Part shown: positions 47,586 through 56,299 of the stretch, piece by piece
Layout of the letters: each line of letters begins with the position of its first letter
Position numbering within the stretch: the first letter of the stretch is position 1
Translations under genes and position numbers: made by a program
Source of the DNA: Candidatus Raymondbacteria bacterium RIFOXYA2_FULL_49_16
Lineage (GTDB): Bacteria > Fibrobacterota > OXYB2-FULL-49-7 > XYB2-FULL-49-35
Length of the DNA stretch: 64,000 nt
Assembly (NCBI GenBank): GCA_001789205.1
Contig: MFYT01000039.1
Location: 85,295-149,294 of the forward strand
Reading direction: 5' to 3'
The notes under the pieces: model-generated
Told to the model about the DNA's origin: nothing
The model's input: only the letters and a program-made list of their open reading frames with translations
The model's database searches: none

Positions 47586-47755
47586 ATAAACCAGTCATTC
47601 TGCCTGAAGGCGTCTTAAAAATTAAAAGAGGATATAATCCCAACTCAAGCAGTATCGGCAGCGTTGTATACAGTTTTCCCTATGCCTTTATAGCTTTAAG
47701 CGCGGTTCTCGCCGTGATCGCGCTTTTAAAAAAGAAGAAAGATAAAACCCCATGA
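47582..47755 (+). CDS. 57-aa membrane peptide A (conserved 'LKIKRGYNPNSSSIG' core, C-terminal TM helix and Lys-rich tail)
   Basis: MNKPVILPEGVLKIKRGYNPNSSSIGSVVYSFPYAFIALSAVLAVIALLKKKKDKTP. ATGA overlaps on both sides. Paralog at 50983. The core is conserved at the protein level despite synonymous codon differences. Confidence 0.5.
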   Translation: MNKPVILPEGVLKIKRGYNPNSSSIGSVVYSFPYAFIALSAVLAVIALLKKKKDKTP

Positions 47756-49179
47756 GTCTTCCAAACGCCGCGGCAATTGCCGCGTGCCTTTTCTGCGGGG
47801 TATACGCTCAGCCTTTTTCAGCCCTCAGCCAGGGGACCGCGAAAGACGTGTTTTCTTTTCAAAAGGAACTGCGCACTGCTCTGGAAAACCCATACAAATA
47901 TTTTCATACCGGCGCTTTTATTGCTCTCATAGATCCGGTCATCAGCGATAGTACCGCCATTGTGAGCGATATTCCAGCCGATTCCATAAAGACGCTGCTG
48001 GAACAGGCCCGCGCCCGGCACTCCTATCCCCTTGTATTTGTCTTTAGTCTTCTGTATGCGTCGGCCAGCGCTGGTACGTCCTCTAAAACCGAATGCGCCT
48101 GTTTAAACGAAGCGGCAAGCCTCGCCTTCCGACGGCTCAGCAGGCCCCATGAAGCGCTTCGCATTTTCAAAGCAGCTTCTTTACGGGGATGCGAAGGGTC
48201 GTATGATTCAGCCGAAACGGTTGACCGCTATATCGAAAGCGATATGAGCATTGACGCCCTGTTAAAGGAAAAGTTCTACCGGAAGGACAGTGTGGAAAAA
48301 GAGCGGTATGTATCAGCCCTCATCGCCGATCTCACCGCCCATCCGCATTCCTCTCTCCGAATGGAAGCGATGAAACGGCTGGGCGATGTCTATTTTGATC
48401 TTAAAAATTATCCGAAAATGAAACGATGGTATTTGAAAGTCCTGCAGACCGACCCGTCCCTGCGCAAGACTACGCCAATCGGATACCGGCTTACTATCGG
48501 AGACAGCCATATCAAACGCACTACCATACTGTATTTATTTTACGCATCCTACCTGTTTCTGGGATTTTTTCTTTTACGGCGCATACGGAGCGGGGGTGGC
48601 ATTGATACAGCCTTTCTGTTCAAACGCTTCTCCCTATTCGCCCTAGCGCTACTACTGTTCGGCATAGTGCTGTTCTTGGCCGACCTGATACTTTTTAAGC
48701 GGACAATCGGCGAACTGCTCAAGCAGGAGTCGTTCGCCTTGCGCTTCACCGATCCGGTAGTCCCGCTGAGCTTTCTTGATGTTGTTCCGCGAATCCTCCT
48801 GATAAAAATATTCTGTATTGGCCTGGCACCGCTTCTGTTCGCCACGCTCTGCAGCGCCACGAACAAATCCCGCTCCCGGCTTACCGGAAGTGCGGCGCTG
48901 CTGGTTTTCACCGCTGTACTATGGGGGCATTTTACCGTCGCCAGTTTCTATAACGAATACCTGTATAATGACGGCATCATCCTCAAGAGCCGCTACCTCT
49001 ACTCAGGCGAAATTGAATCGCTGCTGATGAACGACCTGGATAAAGTGATTAAAGCAAACCCGGATTTTTTCTTTAAAAGCAAAAATTCCGATCTTCGGGT
49101 TTTTATACGCAAGAACTTTTCAGAAGAGATGCGCAGCAAAACGCCCATGGGAGACTATTATCGTGAACAGAGACGCTGA
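47752..49179 (+). CDS. Membrane protein: periplasmic TPR-like N-terminal domain plus a C-terminal polytopic TM region
   Basis: Signal peptide 'AAIAACLFCGVYA'. About 250-aa helical/TPR-like domain. Four to five C-terminal TM helices. Confidence 0.5.
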   Translation: MSLPNAAAIAACLFCGVYAQPFSALSQGTAKDVFSFQKELRTALENPYKYFHTGAFIALIDPVISDSTAIVSDIPADSIKTLLEQARARHSYPLVFVFSLLYASASAGTSSKTECACLNEAASLAFRRLSRPHEALRIFKAASLRGCEGSYDSAETVDRYIESDMSIDALLKEKFYRKDSVEKERYVSALIADLTAHPHSSLRMEAMKRLGDVYFDLKNYPKMKRWYLKVLQTDPSLRKTTPIGYRLTIGDSHIKRTTILYLFYASYLFLGFFLLRRIRSGGGIDTAFLFKRFSLFALALLLFGIVLFLADLILFKRTIGELLKQESFALRFTDPVVPLSFLDVVPRILLIKIFCIGLAPLLFATLCSATNKSRSRLTGSAALLVFTAVLWGHFTVASFYNEYLYNDGIILKSRYLYSGEIESLLMNDLDKVIKANPDFFFKSKNSDLRVFIRKNFSEEMRSKTPMGDYYREQRR

Positions 49180-49180
49180 T

Positions 49181-50986
49181 ATGCGATTCCTGCCGCTTTT
49201 GGCCTGTTTTCTTCTGCTTGTCTGCGGACCGCAAAGGCACGGGGGTACGCTGCCTGAACTCACCGTCATCGACCGCTTTTCCGCCAGCATAGAATGGAGC
49301 ACGGCAAACGCGATCCGGGGTATGCTGTTGTATGCCGCGGAAGGCGAGACCGAACGGACCATAACCGAAGAAACCCGGACAACGTTTCATCACATAACCA
49401 TATCAGGCCTGCTTCCCGATAAAGTGCATACCTACCGGATCAACAGTGGTCCTGATCATACATACCGTTTCCGCACTGCTCCGGGAGCCACATCGTCTTT
49501 CAGGTTCGCGCTTATTGAGACATATGAGAAAACCCTGCAACAGGCATATCCCGATTTTGTCATTATTACTAGCGCCGATTCACACGTCTGCCGTGAAATC
49601 ATAAAAAAATATGCGGACCTCCATACCGGAACCGCCTTTTATTATGGAACGTTTGCCTTTACCTGGGGAAACAGCACATTTTCTTCAGATACAATAATCG
49701 ACTCAAAAAGTGAAAATCGTTTTTTGCTGGCTGCCACACAGTTGCCCGAATCCGCTGACAGCAATACGGCCTTGATTGTCCTTGATAAAAAAGCCCCATT
49801 GGGGATTGATACAACAGACCAGGCAATAACGGTGCATACCGCCGGGACAGCGTTGCTGTTTGAAGTGCAGGGTCCTGAAATTATCGCATCATTGATTAAC
49901 ACTGCATCCAACAACCCTGCCGAACTTACTGTGCGCCGGGGAAGCCTCGATTATAAGAAAAGCTGCGTCTATTGCCGCCGTCTTCTTGAAGACCGGAAAT
50001 ACCATGAAAGCATCAGGTGGTATCGGCGGTTCATGGAGAACGATACCGCTACTTCGCGTATCGACGATGCGTTATACCAGGTAGCCTATATATACGATCA
50101 TTATCTCTTTGATTATCCCAATGCGGTTTCTTCCTATCAGGAACTGGTGGACCGGTTTCCAGAAAGCAGCAAGGTCCGTACCGCCAGGTTCAGGATATCT
50201 TATATCAGCACTCATGCTGACCACGGATTTGAACCGCTTAAAGTGTTTGAGCGCGCCCGGCTTTCCCGTTTTCAGATAAATAGTGAGGAGTCTGCCCGTG
50301 AAGTAGAGGAACTTTTATCGAAATATCCGGGGACCTCCCTTGAAAAGGACATTCTTTTCTGGCTTGGTAATGTCTATGCTCCGGCGCATTCTGAGAAAGC
50401 GCTTTCCTGCTTTCTCCGCCTGGCCAAAGACAGCAATGCGGAGACCGCGTGGCGCGGAGGAATGGCCGCAGCAGACCTGTATTATCGCGACAGCAGATAT
50501 ACAGAAGCGCGACAGCAGTATATATTGCTCAGGTCTTACGCCGGCCAGGACCGGGCGGCCCTGGAAATAAAAATCAGCAGGTGCATACGAAATGCCCGTA
50601 GAGAAGTTGTCAGAATAGTTTTCCTGATATTCACCCTTGCCGTCATGCTCGCGTCACTTTGTATAAAGCCCCGTCCCGCGGCTGCCGCTCTATGTACGCG
50701 GTTCCTCGCTTTTCTTGCGGTTTACGCTGTGGCAGCAGCGCTGCCCTTTTTGATCTGGAAAGACTTTCTCATGCAAGCAAAGAACTTTACCCTCGCGGCA
50801 ATACCCGTACTGGCGTTTTCCTCAACGCTGATCAAAGAACGGTTTCCGCTTTTTTTTGCTGGAATAGACAACACGGTTTTACGCCTTTGCGTATCTCTTG
50901 CCGCGGCGTGTATGTTTACGCTGGGTATAATATACCTTTTGTTGTATTATTTTCATTATCTCTTTATTGTTGAAGGCATAGTATGA
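49181..50986 (+). CDS. Membrane protein: PAP-type N-terminal Fn3-like domain, degenerate phosphoesterase-like domain, TPR repeats and C-terminal TM helices
   Basis: Signal peptide. 'SIEWSTANAIRGMLLY...HHITISGLLPDKVHTYRI' resembles the N-terminal domain of purple acid phosphatases. Metal-binding motifs are not evident. TPR-like 'ALYQVAYIYDHY'. Polytopic C-terminus. Confidence 0.5.
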   Translation: MRFLPLLACFLLLVCGPQRHGGTLPELTVIDRFSASIEWSTANAIRGMLLYAAEGETERTITEETRTTFHHITISGLLPDKVHTYRINSGPDHTYRFRTAPGATSSFRFALIETYEKTLQQAYPDFVIITSADSHVCREIIKKYADLHTGTAFYYGTFAFTWGNSTFSSDTIIDSKSENRFLLAATQLPESADSNTALIVLDKKAPLGIDTTDQAITVHTAGTALLFEVQGPEIIASLINTASNNPAELTVRRGSLDYKKSCVYCRRLLEDRKYHESIRWYRRFMENDTATSRIDDALYQVAYIYDHYLFDYPNAVSSYQELVDRFPESSKVRTARFRISYISTHADHGFEPLKVFERARLSRFQINSEESAREVEELLSKYPGTSLEKDILFWLGNVYAPAHSEKALSCFLRLAKDSNAETAWRGGMAAADLYYRDSRYTEARQQYILLRSYAGQDRAALEIKISRCIRNARREVVRIVFLIFTLAVMLASLCIKPRPAAAALCTRFLAFLAVYAVAAALPFLIWKDFLMQAKNFTLAAIPVLAFSSTLIKERFPLFFAGIDNTVLRLCVSLAAACMFTLGIIYLLLYYFHYLFIVEGIV

Positions 50987-51156
50987 ATCATTCCAAAGGC
51001 CGCATTCTTAAAATTAAAACCGGGTATAACCCGAATTCCAGTTCAATAGGAACGCATGTTTCTTATTTTATAAAAGGCATGTCCGCGTTCGCGGTACTCA
51101 TTAACGGCATCATGGCCGTTCTGTACACGTTCCGCGAGAAAAGGAAAAAGAAATAG
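50983..51156 (+). CDS. 57-aa membrane peptide B (paralog of peptide A)
   Basis: MNHSKGRILKIKTGYNPNSSSIGTHVSYFIKGMSAFAVLINGIMAVLYTFREKRKKK. The start overlaps the upstream stop (ATGA). Confidence 0.5.
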   Translation: MNHSKGRILKIKTGYNPNSSSIGTHVSYFIKGMSAFAVLINGIMAVLYTFREKRKKK

Positions 51157-51161
51157 CCGCT

Positions 51162-51668
51162 ATGAGCTTTTTTAAGATCATGAGTGTCTTTGCTATCTGC
51201 GCCGGCTGCATAGGCTGCGCCGGCCGCCGGGAACAAACAGTGGCCCCTGATTTTCTTCTGAATGATCTGCAGGACCGGAGATTTTATCTGAGCAGCTGCA
51301 AAGGAAAGGCCGTGCTTCTGAATTTCTGGTCTACTCATTGCGCACCCTGCATGGAAGAAATGCCCCATTTGGAAAAACTCTATGGGGAATTCTCGAAACA
51401 GGGAGTGGTGTTTGCGGGAATATGCATTGATCCGGCGGAAGCAGGATATCTGGAAACGCTGGTACATGGTCTTGGCGTCACGTATCCTGTGCTTGCCGAT
51501 ATTTCAGGCCGGACAGCGGCGCTGTATGCGGTAACAGCCGTACCCGTAACCATTATCATCTCTCCGGAGGGTATGATACACAGCAGAACAACAGGATATA
51601 GGGAAGCGTATATACAGCGTTTCAGAGAACAGCTTGCCTCTCTGACAGGCGCATCCGGGACACCATGA
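51162..51668 (+). CDS. TlpA/ResA-like thiol-disulfide oxidoreductase (AhpC/TSA-redoxin fold)
   Basis: Lipoprotein-like signal 'FAICAGC'. 'LLNFWSTHCAPCMEEMP' contains a CxxC. Confidence 0.65.
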   Translation: MSFFKIMSVFAICAGCIGCAGRREQTVAPDFLLNDLQDRRFYLSSCKGKAVLLNFWSTHCAPCMEEMPHLEKLYGEFSKQGVVFAGICIDPAEAGYLETLVHGLGVTYPVLADISGRTAALYAVTAVPVTIIISPEGMIHSRTTGYREAYIQRFREQLASLTGASGTP

Positions 51669-53233
51669 AGCGTTTCATTGTAACCAGTGCCCTTGCATGC
51701 GTCCTTGTCGCCGGACCCAAAGCCGCATCTGAATTTCTTATCAGGCCTTTTGTCCAATCCATAACCAAGGAGTCCGCCGCTATCTGCTTCTCTCTGCCGA
51801 ACGATGCTGTTTCGCGCACGGTAATCGGCACGGCCGACAACGCTGAAACAGCCGTTTATACGGCGCATGAATCCTTAGTAAAAGCGCGTTTCACCGGTCT
51901 TAACCCGGAAACGAAATATTATTATACTGTTTCAGTCAATGGTACAGAACTTCTATCGCCGCCAGGAGAGTACTATTTTTTTACCGGATCCGCGGCATTG
52001 GAAACGCCGGTGACCATCGCGGTATATGGTGATACGCGCAGCGGCGAGGAAAGTTTTGATCTTGACCATCGGTCGGTCGTGGAAAGCATACGTCATTATT
52101 CGTCTCCCGATCTTCTCCTGCATACCGGAGATGTGGTCAATACGCAGGATCCCGAAGGGTGGAACCGGTTTTTTCACATCGAACATGAGCTTTTAAAAAA
52201 CACGCCGCTATATCCGGTACGGGGCAACAGTGACGGCGACCGGACTGATATCCTGCATATGTTCGCGCTTCCCGGAGATACCACCTGGTATTCCTTCTCC
52301 GCGGGACCGGTATACTGCATCGCCCTTGATCTGCAGAATAATATGACCGACAGCTATTATGCAAAACATATCGGCCCCGCAAGCGATCAGTGGAACTGGC
52401 TGACTCGCATGCTGGCCTCTGATGAACGGAAACGCTGCCCGTTTACACTGGTCTATTTTCACGCCCCGCTTTTCCCTCCGGATGACGAAACCAGCCCGGC
52501 AATGAAAGACCATCTTGTTTCACTGTTTGAAAAAAGCAATGTGGACCTTGTAATCAACGGCCAGCACTATTTTTCGTATGCCCAGCGGAATGGCGTAACC
52601 TATATGATAAGCGGCGGCGGGGGCGCCCTCCTTGACCGGTATCAGGCCAAACGATCAGCGTCGGTACGGGTGTATGAACCTGTTTTTCACCATCTGCGGA
52701 TCACGGCAAACTATCCCGCGCTCACCATAGAAGCGGTAGACAATGCGGGAACCGTCTTCTTCTCGCATTCCATTATCGCCTCTTCGCCTTCCCCGGGAAA
52801 AGAACAACCCCAGCCGGGCCTCACCGAAAACAGGATACCACTGCATATTTTCGGCAGTAGTGGCTGCGCCGAATGTGATTTACTTAAAAACGTGCTGCTT
52901 CCTGAAATTGAAAAGTCGCTCGCGCCCTATACCTTCTCCATTACTTTCTATGACACTGATATTCCCGAACACTATGAGCGGTTTCTCGTGTACGAGTCCC
53001 GTCTGGGCGACCGTAAGCACACCCTTCCTGCACTGTTATATGCCGACAGAATCCTGAGCGGCCCTGAACTTGACCTGCTTTCCCTGAAAGAGTTTTTTAA
53101 AAGCCGCGTCATGAGACAGGATAAAAACAGCGTCAAATCCCTTGGTTCCGAGAGGTATCCGATGTATCTTTATTTTATATTGGTTGCCGCAGGCATAGGG
53201 TTGTTCGTGTTTATTAAGAAAAGGAACGGATAA
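51665..53233 (+). CDS. Membrane-anchored purple-acid-phosphatase-like metallophosphoesterase with a thioredoxin-fold C-terminal domain
   Basis: Signal peptide. PAP N-terminal domain 'KYYYTV'. Metallophosphoesterase motifs 'AVYGDTRSG','HTGDVVN','RGNSDG','YFHAPLF'. 'GSSGCAECDLL' contains a CxxC. C-terminal TM 'MYLYFILVAAGIGLFVFI' followed by a KKRNG tail. Confidence 0.65.
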   Translation: MKRFIVTSALACVLVAGPKAASEFLIRPFVQSITKESAAICFSLPNDAVSRTVIGTADNAETAVYTAHESLVKARFTGLNPETKYYYTVSVNGTELLSPPGEYYFFTGSAALETPVTIAVYGDTRSGEESFDLDHRSVVESIRHYSSPDLLLHTGDVVNTQDPEGWNRFFHIEHELLKNTPLYPVRGNSDGDRTDILHMFALPGDTTWYSFSAGPVYCIALDLQNNMTDSYYAKHIGPASDQWNWLTRMLASDERKRCPFTLVYFHAPLFPPDDETSPAMKDHLVSLFEKSNVDLVINGQHYFSYAQRNGVTYMISGGGGALLDRYQAKRSASVRVYEPVFHHLRITANYPALTIEAVDNAGTVFFSHSIIASSPSPGKEQPQPGLTENRIPLHIFGSSGCAECDLLKNVLLPEIEKSLAPYTFSITFYDTDIPEHYERFLVYESRLGDRKHTLPALLYADRILSGPELDLLSLKEFFKSRVMRQDKNSVKSLGSERYPMYLYFILVAAGIGLFVFIKKRNG

Positions 53234-54123
53234 TGAAATCACGAAACGTTTCATCAATAGCGGAAACACGGACTGTTTTTGTTGATCTGAAATGGATAAA
53301 GGGAATATTGTTTGGAATTCTTTTTATGTTTATTGTCCCGCTGGCGCTATCATGCTCAAAAGAAACTTCCGGTACATTCAATCCCGCAGACCATTATTTA
53401 AAAATAGAAGAACTCAGGGCCGCTAAACCGCTGGACTTGCACAAAATTGAAAGCATATACACCACACAACTTGCACCGCGATATCACACGGCCTATCCCG
53501 CTATTCACGCATCCATCCTTGAAGCTATGAGGAAAGGGGAGGCCGGAGAAAACGTGCGTGTGCAATCGCAGACCATAAGCAAGGAGCTGCAGAAGATTTT
53601 CTACCGGGAGCTTGCCGCCTCGCTCAGCGCGCTTGAAGCGGAAGCAGACCCTGCGATGTATGCGCAGGAACTTGAAAGGGCGAAATCCGCGTATGCGTGT
53701 TTAAAACCGCTGTCTAAGCGCAGGAGCGAATGGCTGAAGAACGGCACAGCGTTTGACGACCTTTTCGCGTCAGCCTTCAGCACTTTGGCCTCAATGCCTG
53801 GCAAAGAAACCGTAAAAAAAACATGTGATCGGATCATTTTATTATTTCGCGACATTTTCATTTACTCTGTTTTTTATGAACTGTTCGGCATAGAGACGTC
53901 ACGGGGAACAGATAACATCACATGCGAAGAGAAAATGGCTGAAGCAAGGATCTTTCTGGAATCAGCTCTGCCATTCTGCAGGCAACAGCAGTTCTGCGTG
54001 CCGCTGGCAACAGCGTTTCATAAGGACTATAGGGACCTGGATATTGAAAAAACCAGGGAAGACTTGTTTGCCGCGTTCCCAGGGCTGGATACGCACGCAG
54101 TGTTGAAAGCGTCCGGGAAATAA
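53233..54123 (+). CDS. Hypothetical membrane/lipoprotein (last gene of the coupled operon)
   Basis: TM region with lipobox-like 'LALSCSKE'. The start overlaps the upstream stop (TAATG). Confidence 0.4.
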   Translation: MKSRNVSSIAETRTVFVDLKWIKGILFGILFMFIVPLALSCSKETSGTFNPADHYLKIEELRAAKPLDLHKIESIYTTQLAPRYHTAYPAIHASILEAMRKGEAGENVRVQSQTISKELQKIFYRELAASLSALEAEADPAMYAQELERAKSAYACLKPLSKRRSEWLKNGTAFDDLFASAFSTLASMPGKETVKKTCDRIILLFRDIFIYSVFYELFGIETSRGTDNITCEEKMAEARIFLESALPFCRQQQFCVPLATAFHKDYRDLDIEKTREDLFAAFPGLDTHAVLKASGK

Positions 54124-54162
54124 ACCGCCTGGTTCGAAAAAACCCCCGGTTTTCTCCACACA

Positions 54163-56211
54163 TTATCTTAGCAGCACCGCGCGCTTGGTATACACAATTC
54201 CATTGACGCATATGCGGATTATGTACGTTCCGGATGGCATGTTTCGGGCGTTCCAGGTGTATGCGTGCGTACAAGCGGTATTCACAGTACGTTTATTGTA
54301 CAGGAACGAGGTCCCCGCATTGTGTACGCATACGCCTTGCACATTATAAATGCGCAAGGTTGGGCTGGTTGCGGCGGGTAATCCATTTGTTGGATCAGGT
54401 GATAAACCCGCCCCAATAAATATGGATATCACCATAACTGGATTAAACGGGTTTGGTTCCACTGTTACAGCCATATCATTCTGCGTTGAGGCCGATATGC
54501 CCGCTCCGGTTGTTCCTCCGCACGAGCTTTTGTCTTCGGGCGTATTATAATCGGCAGAATAAAACCACACTTCCTGTGGAGCAACAAGCGTATCATTACC
54601 TGAATAGAGTTCAAGATCAAAGGACAGGTCAGAGCTTGTAGAGCTCACCTGATGGACCTCTGCCGCAATGACATTCCCGCCATTCCGGAAATGCGATATA
54701 AAAGAGGTGATGTCGTTGACCGCGAATGCCGATCCCTCGTGATCTCCGGAAGCAAAAGTGCTGTACGTCACTTCACCCGGAAGCATGGATCTGCGGGCGA
54801 TCTCGTATCCATTCAAATAGACCACAACACCATCATCATATTTTACTCCTAGCGAACAGGACGAAAAGGCGGACGCATCATCAATAAAAAAACTTTTCCT
54901 GAAATAGGCCGCATCCACATGAGGTATCACGGTGTTTTCGTCCCCATCGCCATAGCCGATTTCAGCCGTCCCCGTTGACCAGCTTCCATCGTCATATCCC
55001 TGGTCTTTCCATGTAACGGTATAACAGAGTGTGTCAATGGTAAAAGTAATAACACGGCTTGTATCCATCACATTGCCTGAATCATCGACCGCGCGCACAT
55101 AGAAGGTATATGCCATGTCATTTTCCAGAGAAAGAGTTGTTGTATGGATTTTTGCGCCCTCTCCGGTGACAAACTGATTGGCCATTTCATAATAAGATTG
55201 GTCGGACATGCTCCAGCGAACAAAGGCGTTTTCCTGCGTCTCAACCAGCACTATCACTTCCGTGGTGTTTACGGTACCCGATGGTTTGCTATCTGTAACA
55301 TACGGCGCCAATGAATCGGGGCCTAGTATCCAGTAATCGGTCATGGCCCAGGAATCATTATTAAAAGGGCAGGCCACCGTCATAAATCTCAGATTTGCCC
55401 CATCAACCTCGACATATACAATAGTATTATTATTATCACCACCCGTAATGCCCAAGGCGCCCGCGTCAATCTGGTATATGCCTCCGGGTTCATCCGGATA
55501 GCACAGACCGTCAAACGCACAGGCGGAATGGGGGTCAAGCACCCTCATTCTGCAGAAGGAATGGGTATGTCCGACCATAATACCCTTGACTTTTGTACCG
55601 TGTGAAAGCAGCATGTTCCACAGATCGTCCGCCCAGGCAGCTGGTGGTCCGGCATATCTTCCGCGGGGAAACGCCGGACCATGAAATGAAATGAATACAT
55701 GATCTGCGAAATCCGCATCCGTGATCAGGCTGTCCATCCAGTTGATCCAGGTTGCCTGACCAAGCCCGGAATACTGGTCAAAAACAATGATTCTCACGTT
55801 TTTCCAGTCCACGTAATAATTACACCTGTTGTCTCGCAGGACAACACTGTCAAGAGACGGGAGTATTGTATCGAGCATAAGGTCAACATCAGCAGGGGTC
55901 TCGTCATCATGATTACCCATGACCGGATAATAGGGGGGCGCCTGGTATTGCGGATCCTGTACGATGCCCCAGTTTTCATTTGCCAGGTCCAGATCACCGG
56001 CAGCGACAATGAATTCCGCTTTGGGAAATGGAACGGTCTCGTTAATGGTCATATCCCTGATTTCGGTGAGCATATACCGTACGCCAGTATGCCATCCGCA
56101 ATTGTCGGCCACAAGTGCAAAGGTCCACTTTTGGCAGAATGCCGACACTGTCAGAAGATATATACAAAGTGTTATAAGGATGTGCTTCATACTATATTGA
56201 TTCAGCCTCAT
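54163..56211 (-). CDS. T9SS-sorted secreted purple-acid-phosphatase-like metallophosphoesterase (paralog of the ORF at 4364)
   Basis: 'AAGDLDLANENW','MGNHDDE','GHTHSF'. Shared domain 'YTFYVRAVDDSGNVMDTSRVITFTIDT...GYGDGDENTVI'. C-terminal sorting domain 'VEPNPFNPVMVISI'. Confidence 0.7.
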   Translation of the reverse strand: MRLNQYSMKHILITLCIYLLTVSAFCQKWTFALVADNCGWHTGVRYMLTEIRDMTINETVPFPKAEFIVAAGDLDLANENWGIVQDPQYQAPPYYPVMGNHDDETPADVDLMLDTILPSLDSVVLRDNRCNYYVDWKNVRIIVFDQYSGLGQATWINWMDSLITDADFADHVFISFHGPAFPRGRYAGPPAAWADDLWNMLLSHGTKVKGIMVGHTHSFCRMRVLDPHSACAFDGLCYPDEPGGIYQIDAGALGITGGDNNNTIVYVEVDGANLRFMTVACPFNNDSWAMTDYWILGPDSLAPYVTDSKPSGTVNTTEVIVLVETQENAFVRWSMSDQSYYEMANQFVTGEGAKIHTTTLSLENDMAYTFYVRAVDDSGNVMDTSRVITFTIDTLCYTVTWKDQGYDDGSWSTGTAEIGYGDGDENTVIPHVDAAYFRKSFFIDDASAFSSCSLGVKYDDGVVVYLNGYEIARRSMLPGEVTYSTFASGDHEGSAFAVNDITSFISHFRNGGNVIAAEVHQVSSTSSDLSFDLELYSGNDTLVAPQEVWFYSADYNTPEDKSSCGGTTGAGISASTQNDMAVTVEPNPFNPVMVISIFIGAGLSPDPTNGLPAATSPTLRIYNVQGVCVHNAGTSFLYNKRTVNTACTHAYTWNARNMPSGTYIIRICVNGIVYTKRAVLLR

Positions 56212-56299
56212 GCAAGGCGCCTATACATGGAATATTAAAATTGCCAATTTTCATTTGCAAGAACCGTAATAAATAATCACTAAAGTCACGAACCTGTTT

